Of a stretch of DNA of 64,000 bases, positions 36,192 through 49,749 are shown one piece after another (the first letter of the stretch is position 1; every line of letters begins with the position of its first letter). Made by a program: the position numbers and the translations under genes. The stretch is from Heterodontus francisci (lineage: Eukaryota). The DNA is taken from the NCBI RefSeq assembly GCF_036365525.1, contig NC_090382.1, positions 109,774,372-109,838,371 of the forward strand. The letters are read 5' to 3'. The notes beneath the pieces are model-generated. The model was not told the DNA's origin. It ran no database searches and saw only the letters and a list, made by a program, of their open reading frames with translations.

Positions 36192-37628
36192 TCTTGTGAC
36201 AGTGCTTCCATTTTTTGTTAAATTTTTTGAGGACTTGTATTTAAATTGTGGAAATGGATTCACTTTTTGGAGGCTGAAGGTTTCATAATTACTGGACTTT
36301 TTTTTGAAGTTCTCTGAGGGGACACTTGAGATTTTAGTTTAGTTTAGAGATACAGCACTGAAACAGGCCCTTCGGCCCACCGAGTCTGTGCTGACCATCA
36401 ACCACCCATTTATACTAATGCTACACTAATTCCATATTCCTACCACATCCCCACCTGTCCTTATACTTCTTGAAAACCACCTTTTGCTGGAAATCATGTG
36501 ATTTAAGATAAATAAACAACAGAAACCTTAGACTAAGGGGAGATGTTTATAGAGAAGTGACAGCAAGATTTATGAGGGCCAGGGAGTTTTTGACTTGCTA
36601 TTTGGAGTTTTGCTTTTGGAGAGATTGTTTTTGGTTTCACTTTGGGCAGAGTTGGGGGTGTGGACAGTGTTTTTTTTAAAAAAAAAAGAGAAAACTTGCC
36701 AAGGGAGCAAGCCCCAACTCAGCTTGTTCCGTCTCTTTGAAAAGCCCGCCAACTTTTCAATCTCTTTAAGAAGCCCCGAGAGGCAAGTGTAGGAAACAGA
36801 CTGGAACTTGACACATTTCTCCTGGAAGGTCTGCCAAACTGATGCTCAACGTCGCCTGAAAAAAACTGTTCTAGGAAGATCCCAGTGACAGCTGTCTACG
36901 TGTAATTGGGATGCCAGACAAAAAGGGACAACCGACGTCTTTCCGGCACAGTGGCGCAGTGGTTAGCACTGCAGCCTCACAGCTCCAGGGACCCGGGTTC
37001 GATTCTGGGTACTGCCTGTGCGGAGTTTGCAAGTTCTCCCTGTGACCGCGTGGGTTTTTGCCGGGTGCTCTGGTTTCCTCCCACAGCCAAAGACTTGCAG
37101 GTTGATAGGTAAATTGGCCATTGTAAATTGCCCCTAGTGTAGGTAGGTGGTAGGGAATATGGGATTACTGCAGGGGTAGTATAAATGGGTGGTTGTTGGT
37201 CGGCACAGACTCGGTGGGCCGAAGGGCCTGTTTCAGTGCTGTATCTCTAAATAAAAAAAATGTCTTTTTTTTTCAAGAATTAGAAAGTATTTGGCCAAAG
37301 TAATTTTTTTTTGTAACAAACCTCTGCAGAGAGAATTTCTGTACTTTTTTCAGAGTGTGAGTGTAAGGGGCTAACTTAAAAAGGGAACTTTCATATTTCA
37401 ATCTCTGTTAATGCTTTGCTTCATTACTAAATAAGTCTTGTTCTGATGATAAACGGATAATTTTGTTTTTTATTAAAGAAATCTGGTTGGTGTATTTTAT
37501 TCTGGGCTAAAGAGTAGAGTATATGATTGACCACATTGGTATCTGGGTAAACATTTAAATATATGTTGTGAACTGTGGAGAAGCGGAACTAGAAATGACA
37601 GTGCATTCCTCCCACCTCAGTCGCAACA
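36192..37628 (+). mobile_element. 5' LTR of a Gypsy (probably Gmr1-like) element containing two HE1 SINE insertions
   Basis: Ends TCGCAACA and is followed by TGGGGGCTTGGCTGGGAT (37633-37650), similar to the tRNA-Pro PBS. Homologous to the solo LTR at 25489. HE1 3' part on minus at ~36331-36465. Confidence 0.75.
36944..37260 (+). mobile_element. HE1-type SINE
   Basis: Intact box B GGTTCGATTC, A tail, and flanking GTCTTT on both sides. Confidence 0.9.
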
Positions 37629-37696
37629 TAATTGGGGGCTTGGCTGGGATAACCCAATGCCAACGAAGTACCATTGTGTGTGGGGTGATAATAATT

Positions 37697-40600
37697 AGAG
37701 TCATACAGCGCAGAAACAGGCCCTTTGGTCCACCGTGTCCGCGCCGGCCAGCAACCCTATCCACTCTAATCCCATTTTCCAGCGCTTGGCCCGTAGCCTT
37801 GTATGCTATGGTGTTTCAAGTGCTCATCTAAATACTTCTTAAATGTTGTGAGGGTTCCTGCCTCCACCACCCCTTCAGGCAGTGCGTTCCAGATTCCAAC
37901 CACCCTCTGGGTGAAAATATTTTTCCTCAAATCCCCTCTAAACCTCCTGCTACTTACCTTAAATCCAAGCCCTTGGTTATTGACACCTCCACTAAGGGAA
38001 AAAGTTTCTTCCGATCTGCCCTATCTGTGCCCCTCATAATTTTATATAGCTCAATCAGGTTCCCCCTCAGCCTTCTCTGCTCTAAGGAAACAACCCTAGC
38101 TTATCCAGTCTACCTTCAGAGCTGAAATGCTCCAGCTCCGGCAACATCCTGGTGAATCTCCTCTGCATTCTCTCCAGTGCAATCACATCCTTCCTATAGT
38201 GTGGTGCCCAAAACTGTACACAGTACTCCAGCTGTGGCCTAACTAGCGTTTTATACAGCTCCATCATAACCTCTCTGCTGTTATATTCTGTGCCTCGGCT
38301 AATAAAGGCAAATATCCCATATGCCTTCCTAACTACCTTATCTACCTGTGCTGCTGCCTTCAGTGATCTCTGGACAAGTACACCAAGGTCCCTCTGTACC
38401 TCTTAGGATCCTACCATCCGTTGTATATTCTCTTGCCTTGTTATTCCTCCCAAAATGCATCACCTCACACTTCTCAGGATTAAATTCCATTTGCCACTTC
38501 TCTGCCCATCTTACCAGCCCATCTATGTTGTCCTGTAGTCTAAGGCTATCCTCCTCACTATTTGCAACACCACCAATTTTCATGTCATCTGCGAACTTAT
38601 TGATCCTACCTCCTATATTCATGTCTAAATCATTAATGTACACTACAAACAGCAAGGGTTCCATCACCGATCCCTGCAGTACACCACTGCTCCCAGGCTT
38701 CCAGTTGCAAAAACAACCCTCGACCATTACTCTCTGTCTCCTCCCACGAAGCAAATTTTGGATCCAATTTGTCAAATTGCCCTGGATCCCACGGGCTCTT
38801 ACCTTCTTAACCAATCTCCCATGTGGGACCTTATCAGAAGCCTTACTGAAGTACATGTAGACTACATCAACTGCTTTACTCTCATCTACGCACCTAGTCA
38901 CCACCTCAAAGTTCAATCAAATTTGTTAGACATGCTCTCCCCCGACAAAGCCACGCTGACTATCCTTGATTAATCCCTGCCTCTCCAAGTGGAGATTAAT
39001 CCTGTCCCTCAGAATTTTTTCCAATAGTTTCGCTACCACTGATAGACTCACTGACCTGTTATTACCTGGTTTATCCCTACTACCGTTCTTGAATAATGGT
39101 ACCACATTCGCTGTCCTCCAGTCCTCTGGCACTTCTCCTGTGGCCAGAGAGTATTTGGAAATTTGTGTCAGAGCCCCTGCAATCTCCTCCCTTGCCTCAC
39201 ATTGCAGCCTGGGATACATCTCATCTGGGCCTGGGAATTTATCCACTTTTAAGCCCGCTAAAACCACTAATACCTCCTCCCTTTCAATGCTAATATGTTC
39301 AAGTATATCAATCCCCCTCCCTGATCTCTACACCTACATCGTCCTTCTCCATAGTGAACACAGATGAAAAGTTATCATTTAAAACCTCACCTGCGTCCTC
39401 TGGCTCCACACACAGATTGCCATTTTGGTCCTTAATGGGCCCTATTCTTTCCCTGGTTATCCTCTTGCCCTTAATATACTTATCAACCGCCTTGGGATTT
39501 TCCTTTATCATTCCCACCAGTGTTTTTTCACACCCCCTCTTTGCTCACCTTTTTTAAGTACCCCCCCCCCCCCCCCCCCCCCAATACTTCCTATATTCCT
39601 CCAGGGCCTCTGCTGTTTTGAGCCCTTTGAGTCTGTCATAAGCCTTTTTTTTCCTTATACCAATCCTCTATATCCCTTGACATCCAGGGTTCCCTGGACT
39701 TATTGGTCCTACCCTTCACCTTTACGGGAACATGTTGGCCATGAACACGCTCTCTTTCCTTTTTGAATGACTCCCACTGGCCTGATGTAGACTTTCCTAC
39801 AAGTAGCTGCTCCCAGTCCACTTTGGCCAGATCCTGTTTTATCGTATTGAAATCGGCCTTCCCCAATTCAGTACCTTTATTTCCGGTCCATCTTTGTCCT
39901 TTTCCATAACTATCTTAAATCTTACAAAGTTATGGTCATTATTCCCCAAAATGCTCCCCCACTGACACTTCTATCATTTGTCCGGCTTCATTCCCTAAGA
40001 TTAGATCCAGTACCACCCCTTCTCTTGTAGGACTTTCTATGTGCAGGCTCAAAAAGCTCTCCTGGATGCACTTCAAGCCTTTTGCAGTAAGACTATCCCA
40101 GTTAATATTGGGGAAGTTGAAATCCCCTACTATTATTACCCTGTTATTTTTATGTCTCTCTGAGATTTGCCTACATATCTGCTCCTCTGTCTCTCCCTGT
40201 TTGGAGGCCTGTAGTAGACTCCCAGCAAAGTGATGGCCCCCTTTTTGTTTTTAAGTTCTACCCATATGGCCTCATTTGAGGAACCTTCTAAGATATCATC
40301 CCTCCTTGCTGCAGTAATTGACTCCTTGACCAGCATGCAATGCCACCTTCTCTTTTACACCCCCGCCCCCGGTCACGCCTGAAGATTCAATACCCTGGAA
40401 TGTTAAGCTGCCGGTCTGCTCTTCCCTCAACTATGTCTCTCTGATAGCAATAATATCATATTCCCATGTGTTCAATGTCCTCAATTTATCTGCCTGGTAA
40501 GACTCCTTGCTTTAAAATAGATGCAATTCAGCCTTGCATTATTGTTTTGTGCCTTAACAGGTCGAAATTTGCTCTGCGTTCCAGACTGACTTAGTTACTC

Positions 40601-41770
40601 TTCTATATTTGGCTGTGCATCACCCCCCTACTGTACCTCCATTCTATATCCCATCCCCCCTGCCAAATTAGTTTAACCACCCCACCCCCCCCCCCCACCC
40701 CCAACAGCACTAGCAAACTCCCTGCAAGGATGTTGGTCCCATTCCGGTTCAGGTGCATCCGGTCTGACTTGTCCTGGTCCCACCTTCGCCAGAAACAGAC
40801 CCAGTGACGCAGGAAACTAAAGCCCTCCCTCATGCACCATCTCTTCAGCAACGCATTCATCTGCTCTATCCTCCTATTCCTATACTCACTAGCACCTGGC
40901 ACTGGGAGTAATCCGGAGATTACAATCTTTGAGGTCTTGCTTTTTAATCTGCTACCTAGCTCCCTAAATTCTTGTTGCAGGACCTCATCCCTCTTTCTAC
41001 CCATGTCATTGGTACCAATGTGAACCACGACCTCTGACTGTTCACTCCCCCCCCCCCCCAACCCTTCAGGATGTCCTGCAGCCGCTCTGTGACATCCTTG
41101 ACCCTAGCACCAGGGAGGCAACATACCATCCTGAAGTCAAGTTTGCTGCCACAGAAACACCTATCTGTACTCCTTATGATAGAATCCCCTATCACTATAG
41201 CTCTCCCACTCTTTTTCCTCCCCTCTTGTGCAGCTGAGCCACCTGTGGTGCCACAGACTTGGTTCTTGCTGCATTCCCCTGAGAAGCTATCTCCCCCAAC
41301 AGTATTCCAAGTGGAAAATCTGTTAGAGAGCGAGATGGACCCAGGGGACTCCTGCACTACCTACCTAGCTCTTCTACTCTGCCTGACAGTTTACCCAGCC
41401 ACCACTCCAGATCCGAAACGTGGGTTTCGAGAAGCTGCAGTTAGAGACACTTCCTGCACACGAATTCACCCTGGACACTAGAAGTGTTCCTGACTTCCCA
41501 CGTTGCACAGGAGGAGCACTCCACACTGTTGAGCTGCCCACTGTTGAGCTGCCCTGCCATGACTTACCCTCTATTTACTTCCTTGAATTACTCTAAGATT
41601 AGAGATTATTTACACTAGGGACATTGATTCCCTAAAAAAACACTACTTACTATATTAAAAAAAAACTGTAGACCTTACCTTTCTCTTTAGTTACTAACCC
41701 AGCTATTTACTAATACTCCCGAACAGCAGTTACTCACCAACCAATCACCTTGCAGATTTCCTGTGATGTC
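37697..41770 (-). mobile_element. Near full-length decayed CR1 LINE
   Basis: Minus-strand ORF remnants: esterase (IGDSIIR, HIGTND), APE (GVYYRPPN), RT (QGSVMEP, FADD), and 3' end GGPKGLFL. Confidence 0.9.
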
Positions 41771-41838
41771 ACTGTTCAACTTGAAAAGAGGAAAAGTAAA
41801 GAAACAGTTTTGTTGTCCATTAAAGTTTATGCTATCGG

Positions 41839-42090
41839 AATGTCTTTGTCAGTTGCTGTGACCTTTCTGGGGGAGGAGGCTGTATCCCTGAGTGATTTGA
41901 GAAACTTAACCAAGGCTAGGCTAAAGGATTTAGCAGAATTGTTGGTGGTGGAGTTAAAACCAGGCGTTAAGAAAGCAGACATAGTTGCAGTCAGAGCACA
42001 CCATTTGAAATTGGATGAAGAACAAAGTGAACCAGATGGTAGTGCAGTGAAATTAGCTAAAATTCAGTTACAGATGAAGCAGCTTGAGCT
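41839..42090 (+). pseudogene. Gag N-terminus of the Gypsy element whose LTR is at 36192-37628
   Basis: MSLSVAVTFLGEEAVSLSDLRNLTKARLKDLAELL...LAKIQLQMKQLEL resembles the gag start of fish Gmr1-like elements. It is displaced from the PBS by the CR1 insertion. Confidence 0.6.
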
Positions 42091-42947
42091 CCACAAACAC
42101 AATTGATGCTGCATCAATTGTTAATTTTAAAACTGAGATTGATAGATTTTTCATTATCCAAAGGGCTTTAAGGGATAATGGGGCAATTAGTCCCACTGCT
42201 TCCCCACCCCTGCTCTTTCCCCACCCCTCTGCAACTTTTTCCTTTTCAAATATTTATCCAGTTCCCTCTTGACTGTTACTATTGAATCTGCTTCCACTGC
42301 CTTTTTGGGCAATGCATTTCAAATCATACTACGTTTCAAAAAAAAAGGTCTTATCAATCCCCTGGTTCTTTTACCAATGAACATAAATCTGTGTCTTCTG
42401 GTTACTGACCAGCCTGTCAGTGGAAACTGTCCCCTTATATACTCTGTTTTTGAACGCCTCTATTTAATCTCCCCATCACCACCTCTGCTCTAAGGCAAAA
42501 CATCCCAGGCGCCTCCAGCCTCCACGTAATTGAATCCTTCATCCCTGTGAATCATTTTGGTAAATTGCCATCATGTTTGTTGATTAATCCATGCCATATC
42601 ACTTATTGGCAGCTAGGAGTGGAATAACTGGTTGATTTTTCTTCTCTCACATTTGCATATGTGGGCACTAAGGCCACCTCTAACAACCCAATTACTGCCG
42701 CATGTGAGATGAGCCACCTCAGCAACCCACTTGCAATCTTCATGAAATTTCTGGGGTGTCACCTGGTAAGGTGCAACAGAGTGGAAACGGAGAATAAAAA
42801 CTCAGTTTTGAAGGGAAAAAAATGCTTTTCCAGATTTTCTATCAGAGCCTGGAGTGCTCAACTCAGAGTGAGAGCATAATAAAGAAATTTGATTTTCCAA
42901 CATTGCCATCATTGATCTGAACTGGATTCATTCCTTTCTCTCCCTGT

Positions 42948-43360
42948 CAGCTGTGGCTCAGTGGGTAGCATTCTCGCCTCTGAGCCTGGTGGTACTTGAA
43001 CCAGTAATTTAGTCTGACTCCCCAGTGCAGTACCGTCAGAGGTGCTATATTTCAGATAAGATGTTCAACCAAGGCCCTGCCTGCCTCCTCGAGTGAATAT
43101 AAAGTTTCCATGCAGTGCTTTGAAGAGAAGGGGAGTTCTCTGTGTTCTGGGGCCAATATATCTCCCTCATCCAACATCACTAAAATAGATTAGCTGGTCA
43201 TTATCACATTGCTGTCTGTGGGATCTTGTACGTAAAGTGGCTGCTGTTTATCCTACATGATAATGGTAACTACACTTCAAAAGTACCTCATTGGTTGTAA
43301 AGCACGTTAGGATGTCCTGAGGTGATGAAAGGTGCTATAGAAATGCAAGTCTCTCTTTCC
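42948..43360 (+). mobile_element. DeuSINE (SacSINE1-like) tRNA-derived SINE
   Basis: Head GCTGTGGCTCAGTGGGTAGCA, central GGTCATTATCACATTGCTGTCTGTGGGATCTTG, and L2-like tail AAAGGTGCTATAGAAATGCAAGT. Partial copies at ~19490, ~33290 (-), ~52480 and ~59695. Confidence 0.7.
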
Positions 43361-43500
43361 CTTCCACCCAAAAAATCATACGCACACTTGCGGGGGCACA
43401 GACAGTATCTGGACGTGCCAGCTGCCTGTTTGACTGTTTTGATTAGAGCGTGTTTTTTTTCCCTCAGTTTCTGTTTTAAACTCATCATCTCTCCCCGCAG

Positions 43501-43594
43501 ACGAAAAATATGGACTTCCGCAAGAAGTGGGACAAGGATGAGTACGAGAAATTGGCGCAGAAGCGGTTGCAGGAAGAAAGAGAGAAGCGCGATG
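43501..43594 (+). CDS. zmat2: zmat2 coding exon 2
   Basis: ccccgcag|TKNMDFRKKWDKDEYEKLAQKRLQEEREKRD|gtaagt. Confidence 0.97.
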
Positions 43595-44007
43595 GTAAGT
43601 TGATGTTTGGAATGGATCTTCCCCAAGCATGGTGACCTGGATTTTCCACTTGTCGCCATTTTAACGTTGATGTTAACCCTTTTGTTTTAGAATGGTTAAT
43701 GCTTATCGGAAAATGTCGATGGGCAGAATGTGCAATGACTGACTAAAATGGGCACTTAATTCTGCCGTGACAGCGCACAGGAAGTTTGGCAATATATTTC
43801 CTATTTGGTTAGTAGGAGTCTATTTAAAGTTGGGTAGCGAGGGGAATGAAGAATGTTTTTCACCGGGAGGGTATGGGAGTCTGGAACTTGCTGCCGGAAA
43901 GGATGGTAAAGGCAGCAATATTCATTGTATTTAAAGAACACTTGGATATGCACTTGAAGTGCCGTAAGCTACAAGGCTATGCACCAAGACCTGGAAAGTG
44001 GGATTTG

Positions 44008-47000
44008 TTTTATTAATTCATTCATGGGATGTGGGCGTCGCTGGCCAGGCCAGCATTTATTGCCCATCCCTAATTGCCCTTGAGAAGCTGGTGGTGAGCT
44101 GCCTTCTTGAACTGCTGCAGTTCATATGGTGTAGGTACACCCACAGTGCTGTTAGGAAGGGAGTTCCAGAAATTTGACCCAGCGACAGTGAAGGAACAGC
44201 AATATAGTTCCAAGTCAGGATGGTGTGTGACTTGGAGGGGAACTTGCAGATTGTGGCGTTCCCATGCATTTGCTGCCCTTGTCCTTCTAGGTGGTAGAGG
44301 TCGCAGGTTTGGCAGGTGCTGTCTGAGGAACCTTGGTGCATTGCTGCAGTGCATCTTGTAGATGGTACACACTGCTGCCACTGTGCACTGGTGGTGGAGG
44401 GAGTGAATGTTTGTAGATGGGGTGCCAATCAAGCGGGCTGCTTTTTCCTGGATGGTGTCGAGCTTCTTGAGTGTTGTTGGAGCTGCACCCATCCAGGCAA
44501 GTGGAGAGTATTCCATCACACTCCTGACTTGTGCCTTGTAGATGGTGGACAGGCTTTGGGGAGTCAGGAGGTGAGTTACTCGCTGCAGGATTCCTAGCTG
44601 CTGACCTGCTTTTGTAGCCACGGTATTTATATGGCTACTCCAGTTCAGTTTCTGGTCAATGGTAGCCCCTAAGATGTTGATAGTGGGGGTTTCAGCGATC
44701 GTAATGCCATTGAATGTCAAGGGGAGATGGTTAGATTCTCTCTTGTTAGAGATGGTCATTGCCTGGCACTTGTGTTAAGCGAATGTTACTTGCTACTTAT
44801 CAGCCCAAGCCTGGATATTGTCCAAGTCTTGCTGCCTTTCTACATGGACTGCTTCAGTATCTGAGCAGTCACAAATGGTGCTGAACATTGTGCAATCATC
44901 AGCGAACATCTCCACTTCTGACCTTATGATTGAAGGAAGGTCATTGATGAAGCAGCTGAAGATGGTTGGGCCTAGGACACTACCCTGAGGAACTCCTGCA
45001 GTGATGTCCTGGAGCTCAGATGACTGACCTCCAACAACCACAACCATCTTCCTTTGCGCTAGGTATGACTCCAACCAGCGGAGGGTTTTCCCCCTGATTT
45101 CCATTGACCTCAGTTTTGCTGGGGCTCCTTGATGCCACCCTCGGTCAAATGCTGCCTTGATGTCAACGGCAGTCACTCGCACCTCACCTCTTGAGTTCAG
45201 CTCTTTTGTCCATGTTTGAACCAAGGCTGTGATGAGGTCAGGAGCTGAGTGGCCCTGGCGGAACCCAAACTGAGCGTCACTGAGCAGGTTATTGCTAAGC
45301 AAGTGCCGCTTGATGGCACTGATGATGACACCTTCCATTACTTTACTGATGATTGAGAGTAGGCTGATGGGTGGTAATTGGCCGGGTTGGACTTGTCCTG
45401 CTTTTTGTGTACAGGACATACCTGGGCAATTTTTCACATTGCACGGTAGATGCCAGTGTTGTAGCTGTCCTGGAACAGCTTGGCTAGGGGTGCGGCAAGT
45501 TCTGGAGTACAGGTCTTCAGTACTATTGCCGGAATATTGTCAGGGCCCATAGCCTTTACAGTATCCAGTGCCTTCAGTCGTTTCTTGATATCACGCAGAG
45601 TGAATTGAATTGGCTGAGGTCTGGCATCTGTGATGCTGGGGACTTCAGGAGGAGGCCGAGATGGATCATCAACTCGGCACTTCTGGCAGAAGATTGTTGC
45701 AAAAGCTTCAGCCTTATCTTTCGCACTAATGTGTTGGGCTCCCCCATCATTGAGGATGGGGATATTTGTGGAGCCACCTCCTCCAGTTAGTTGTTTAATT
45801 GTCCACCACCATTCACGACTGGATGTGGCAGGACTGCAGAGCTTAGATCTGATCTGTTGGTGAAGGGATCGCTTAGCTCTGTCTATCGCATGCTGCTTAC
45901 GCAGTTTGGCATGCAAGTAGTCCTGGGTTGTAGCTTCACCAGGTTGACACCTCATTTTGAGGTATGCCTGGTGCTGCTCCTGGCATGCTCTCCTACACTG
46001 TTCGTTAAACCAGGGTTGGTCTCCTGGCTTGATGGTAATGGTAGAGTGGGGGATATGCCGGGCCATGAGGTTACAGATTGTGGATGAGTACAATTCTGCT
46101 GCTGCTGATGGTCCACAGCGCCTCAAGGATGCCCAGTTTTGCATTGCTAGATTTGTTCGAAATCTTTCCCATTTAGCACGGTGGTAGTGCCACACAATAC
46201 GAAGGAGGGTATCCTCAATGTGAAGGCGGGACTTCGTCTCCACAAGGACTGTGTGGTGGTCACTCCTACCAATACTGTCATGGACAGATGCATCTGTGGC
46301 AGGCAGATTGGTGAGGCCGAGGTCAAATATGTTTCCCCTCTTGTTGCTTCCCTCACCACCTGCCGCATGCCCAGTCTAGCAGATATCTCCTTTAGGACTG
46401 GGCCAGCTCGGTCAGTAGTGGTGCTACCGAGCCACTCTTGGTGATGGACATTGAAGTCCCCCACCCAGAGTACATTCTGTGCCCTTTCCACCCTCAGTGC
46501 TTCCTCCAAATGCTGTTCAACATGGAGAAGTACTGACTCATCAGCTGAGGGAGGGCGGTAAGTGGTAATCAGTAGGAGGTTACCTTGCCCATGTTTGACC
46601 TGATGCCATGAGACTTCATGGGGTCCAGAGTCGATGTTGAGGACTCCCAGGGCAACTCCCTCCCTACTGTATACCACTGTGCCACCACCTCTGGTGGGTC
46701 TGTCCTGCCAGTGGGACAGGACATGCCCGGGGATGGTGATGGCAGTGTCTGGGACATTGTCTGTAAGGTATGATTCCGTGAGTATGACTTATGTCAGGCT
46801 GTTGCTTGACTGGTCTGTGAGACAGCTCTCCCAACTTTGGCACAAGCCCCCAGATGTTAGTAAGGAGGACTTCGCAGGGTCGACAGGGCTGGGTTTGCCG
46901 TTGTTGTTTCTGGTGCCTAGGTCGATGCCGGGTGGTCTGTCCAGTTTCATTCCTTTTTATTGACTTCGTAGCAGTTAGATACAACTGAATGGCTTGCTAG

Positions 47001-47110
47001 GCAATTTCAGAGGGCATGTAAGAGTCAACCACATTGCTGTGGGTCTGGAGTCACATGTAGGCCAGACCAGGTAAGGATAGCAGATTTCCTTCCCTAAAGG
47101 GCATCAGTGA
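44008..47110 (-). mobile_element. Near full-length family A LINE (APE-RT, several frameshifts, no ORF1 seen)
   Basis: Minus-strand ORF pieces LLTNIWGL, YRPP/GDFN, GPDNI, QGSVLGP, FADD and LGILQRVTHLL; ATGAATGAAT tail. Confidence 0.9.
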
Positions 47111-48924
47111 TGTTCCCTGAAAGACATTAAGCTGGATAACTTGTCGGCCGGCACAGAGGTGATGGGCTAAATGGCCTCCTGCGCTGTAAATTTCTATGAT
47201 TCTATGTGTATGTTTTGATGGCACCTGTGAAATCATAATTATAGTGTATTTTAGTTTTTTGCATCAGATGTTGGAGGATTTTCTGTTTTCAAGAGTTGTG
47301 TTTAGTATAAACTTGGATTATTTTGTAACATTGTTGCTATTCAACTATAAAAAGTCATGTTGCTACATGATGGTATCTCTTTGAACAAATCCTGGAGTTT
47401 GGAAATTCAGGATATGACTGTAATGTTATCAATTTCCAACAGTCCAAGCACATTCTGATCATCAGTTCTGCAAAGTGTGCTTCGTGACCAAAAAGGACCA
47501 AGTCCTCCAATCCCTCAAGGATTACCTGCGCCTTACTGAGGAAGGAGCACCCCAATGTTCTCCCTAGTCTGTGTTCAGTTCACAGACCTCGGCTGAGCTT
47601 GCAGGCAGGCAGCTGCTGGAAAGGACCTGGTGCTGCTTTGTTGCCTCCATAGTGGAATAGCACTCCTAATATCCTCACGCGAAATGACCTGTCATCCTGT
47701 TCTCGAGTGACATCTACACACACACATTTTGCAGTATAGGCAGCGGAATAGTGGAGATCATGGTTGTGCTCTGTCCCGCTGATTTCCCCCCACTCTACCT
47801 ACTGCGTAGTCTCTGAGTGCAGATGTCAGTTGTAGTGTTTTACTGCTACTTTGGTTGAACCTGGCACCAACTGCAAGATTAAACTGAGATCTTCTGGTCT
47901 GTGTAGCTTAGTGCCGCAACATGTAACGCATTGACTCAATAAAGTTCGCGGTGTTGTGAAATTTTGTATACATTTTCTCTATTTTCTTTTTAAACTTTCA
48001 AACACAGCCTAATTCATTTTATTCCCCAGTTTCTTTATTACAGTATTCAGACTGCTTAGCCACGCAAGTAGTGAAATGTTAAAGTATTCGTCTTGTTAGC
48101 TTGTAAGGAATGGCCGCAGGGAGCAGGATAACGTGGGCTTGAAGGGTGTGCAGACCAACTGTGCAAGTCAAAGCTTTACTTTCTACTCTAAAGCAGATAG
48201 TTCAATGATTGAATAGGAGGTGAAAGTGTGTTGTGTGGGCAAAGCTGCATTCTAATGATGGAGAAAATTGCAACATGGGAAAGAGCCTTGAGGAAGCTGA
48301 GAAGGATGGAGAAATATGAAAGAGAATTTCAAATTAAGATCGTGTTTTGATATATTATGGAGTGGGGCGGTAAAATATACACATCTGACAGGATGATACG
48401 TAATGAAGGAATGCGACTGTAAAATAGAAAGGGAATTAAAAGTTGGCAAACCAGCACTTTAGGATTTTTTTTGGTGTTTTGAAGTAGTTTTTTTCAAAAA
48501 AAAATCACTTGGGTGTTTAGCAAGGTTAATCACTTGCCGCAAATGCACACAGGAAACTTCCAAGTTTGATCCTTGATCCATGTCATGTTAGCTGAGGTTG
48601 GATGGGACAGCAGTAGGAAAACTGCATTTAGTGTCAATGCCACTTCATCTGGGCAGCGGGGAGGTCAGTTCAGTGTTCCTGCGCCTGTTTGATATCCAGT
48701 AACCTGAGATGGAATGTGAGAGTTGTAAAGGATCAGGTTTGGATCTGATGCCGCGACACACACGACCCTGCTACAGCTGCGTGGTTCTGTGGACTGCTAC
48801 TGAGCCACATTAGGCACGAGCACAGAACAGCGATAAGCCTGCGACATTGTTAGCCCCAATTCTGTACCCTGCTCTCTCACCTTAAGACCCTTTGTGGAGC
48901 CTTGCCAATTGTGCCGTTGTGTTC

Positions 48925-49175
48925 AACAACAACTTGCATTTATATACCACCTTTAACATCGTAAAAGGTCCTTCACAGGAGTGCTATCAAACTAAATTTG
49001 ATACTGATCCACATAAGGAGGTATTAGGACAGGTGACCAAAAGCTTGGCCTATGATAGGTTTTAAGGAGCAGCTTAAAGGAGGAGGGAGGGGTTGAGAGG
49101 CAGAGATGTTTAGAGAGGGAATTCTAGAGTTTAGGGTCCAGGCAGCTGAAGGCACAGCCACCAATGGTGGAGCGA
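48925..49175 (-). mobile_element. L2-type LINE 3' end
   Basis: AACAACAACTTGCATTTATATA is the reverse of the (TTG)n L2-type tail; homologous to 62790-63140. Confidence 0.7.
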
Positions 49176-49749
49176 TTGAAATACCTTTGTTTCTCCTCAG
49201 TGTGTCGTCTTGTTGGAAAATAGATGAAAGCACACGATGTTTGCTGCTAAGAATCTTGTTCGCAGTTTTGTGTGGGGTAACAATTAGGACGTAGTCTCAG
49301 TTTACATTTAGAATCTACACCAGATTAATTTAGACTTTGTCCAAACATAGACTTCTGCTTGGAATACACATCCATATGTCATTTACTCATTCATCCCAAT
49401 CTGCATATTATATATTTCAAAATAACAGCAATCAATCAGCACCTGAAGGAGGCGGCTTGTTTAACATTTTGGCTTGGACACTTTAGGAAGGATGTCAAAG
49501 CCTTGGGGAGGGTGCAGAGGAGGTTTACTAGAATGGTACCCTGGGATGTGGGACTTCAGTTATGGAAAGAGACTGGAGAAGTTGGTATTCTGCTTAGAGT
49601 AGAGAAGGTTAAGGAGAGATTTAGTAGAGGTGCTCAAAATTATGAGGGGTTTTGATAGAGTAGATACAGAGAAACAGTTTCCAGTGTCAGAAGGCCAGGT
49701 AACCAGAGGACATGGATTAAAGGTAATTGGTAAAAGAACCAGGAGAGGA

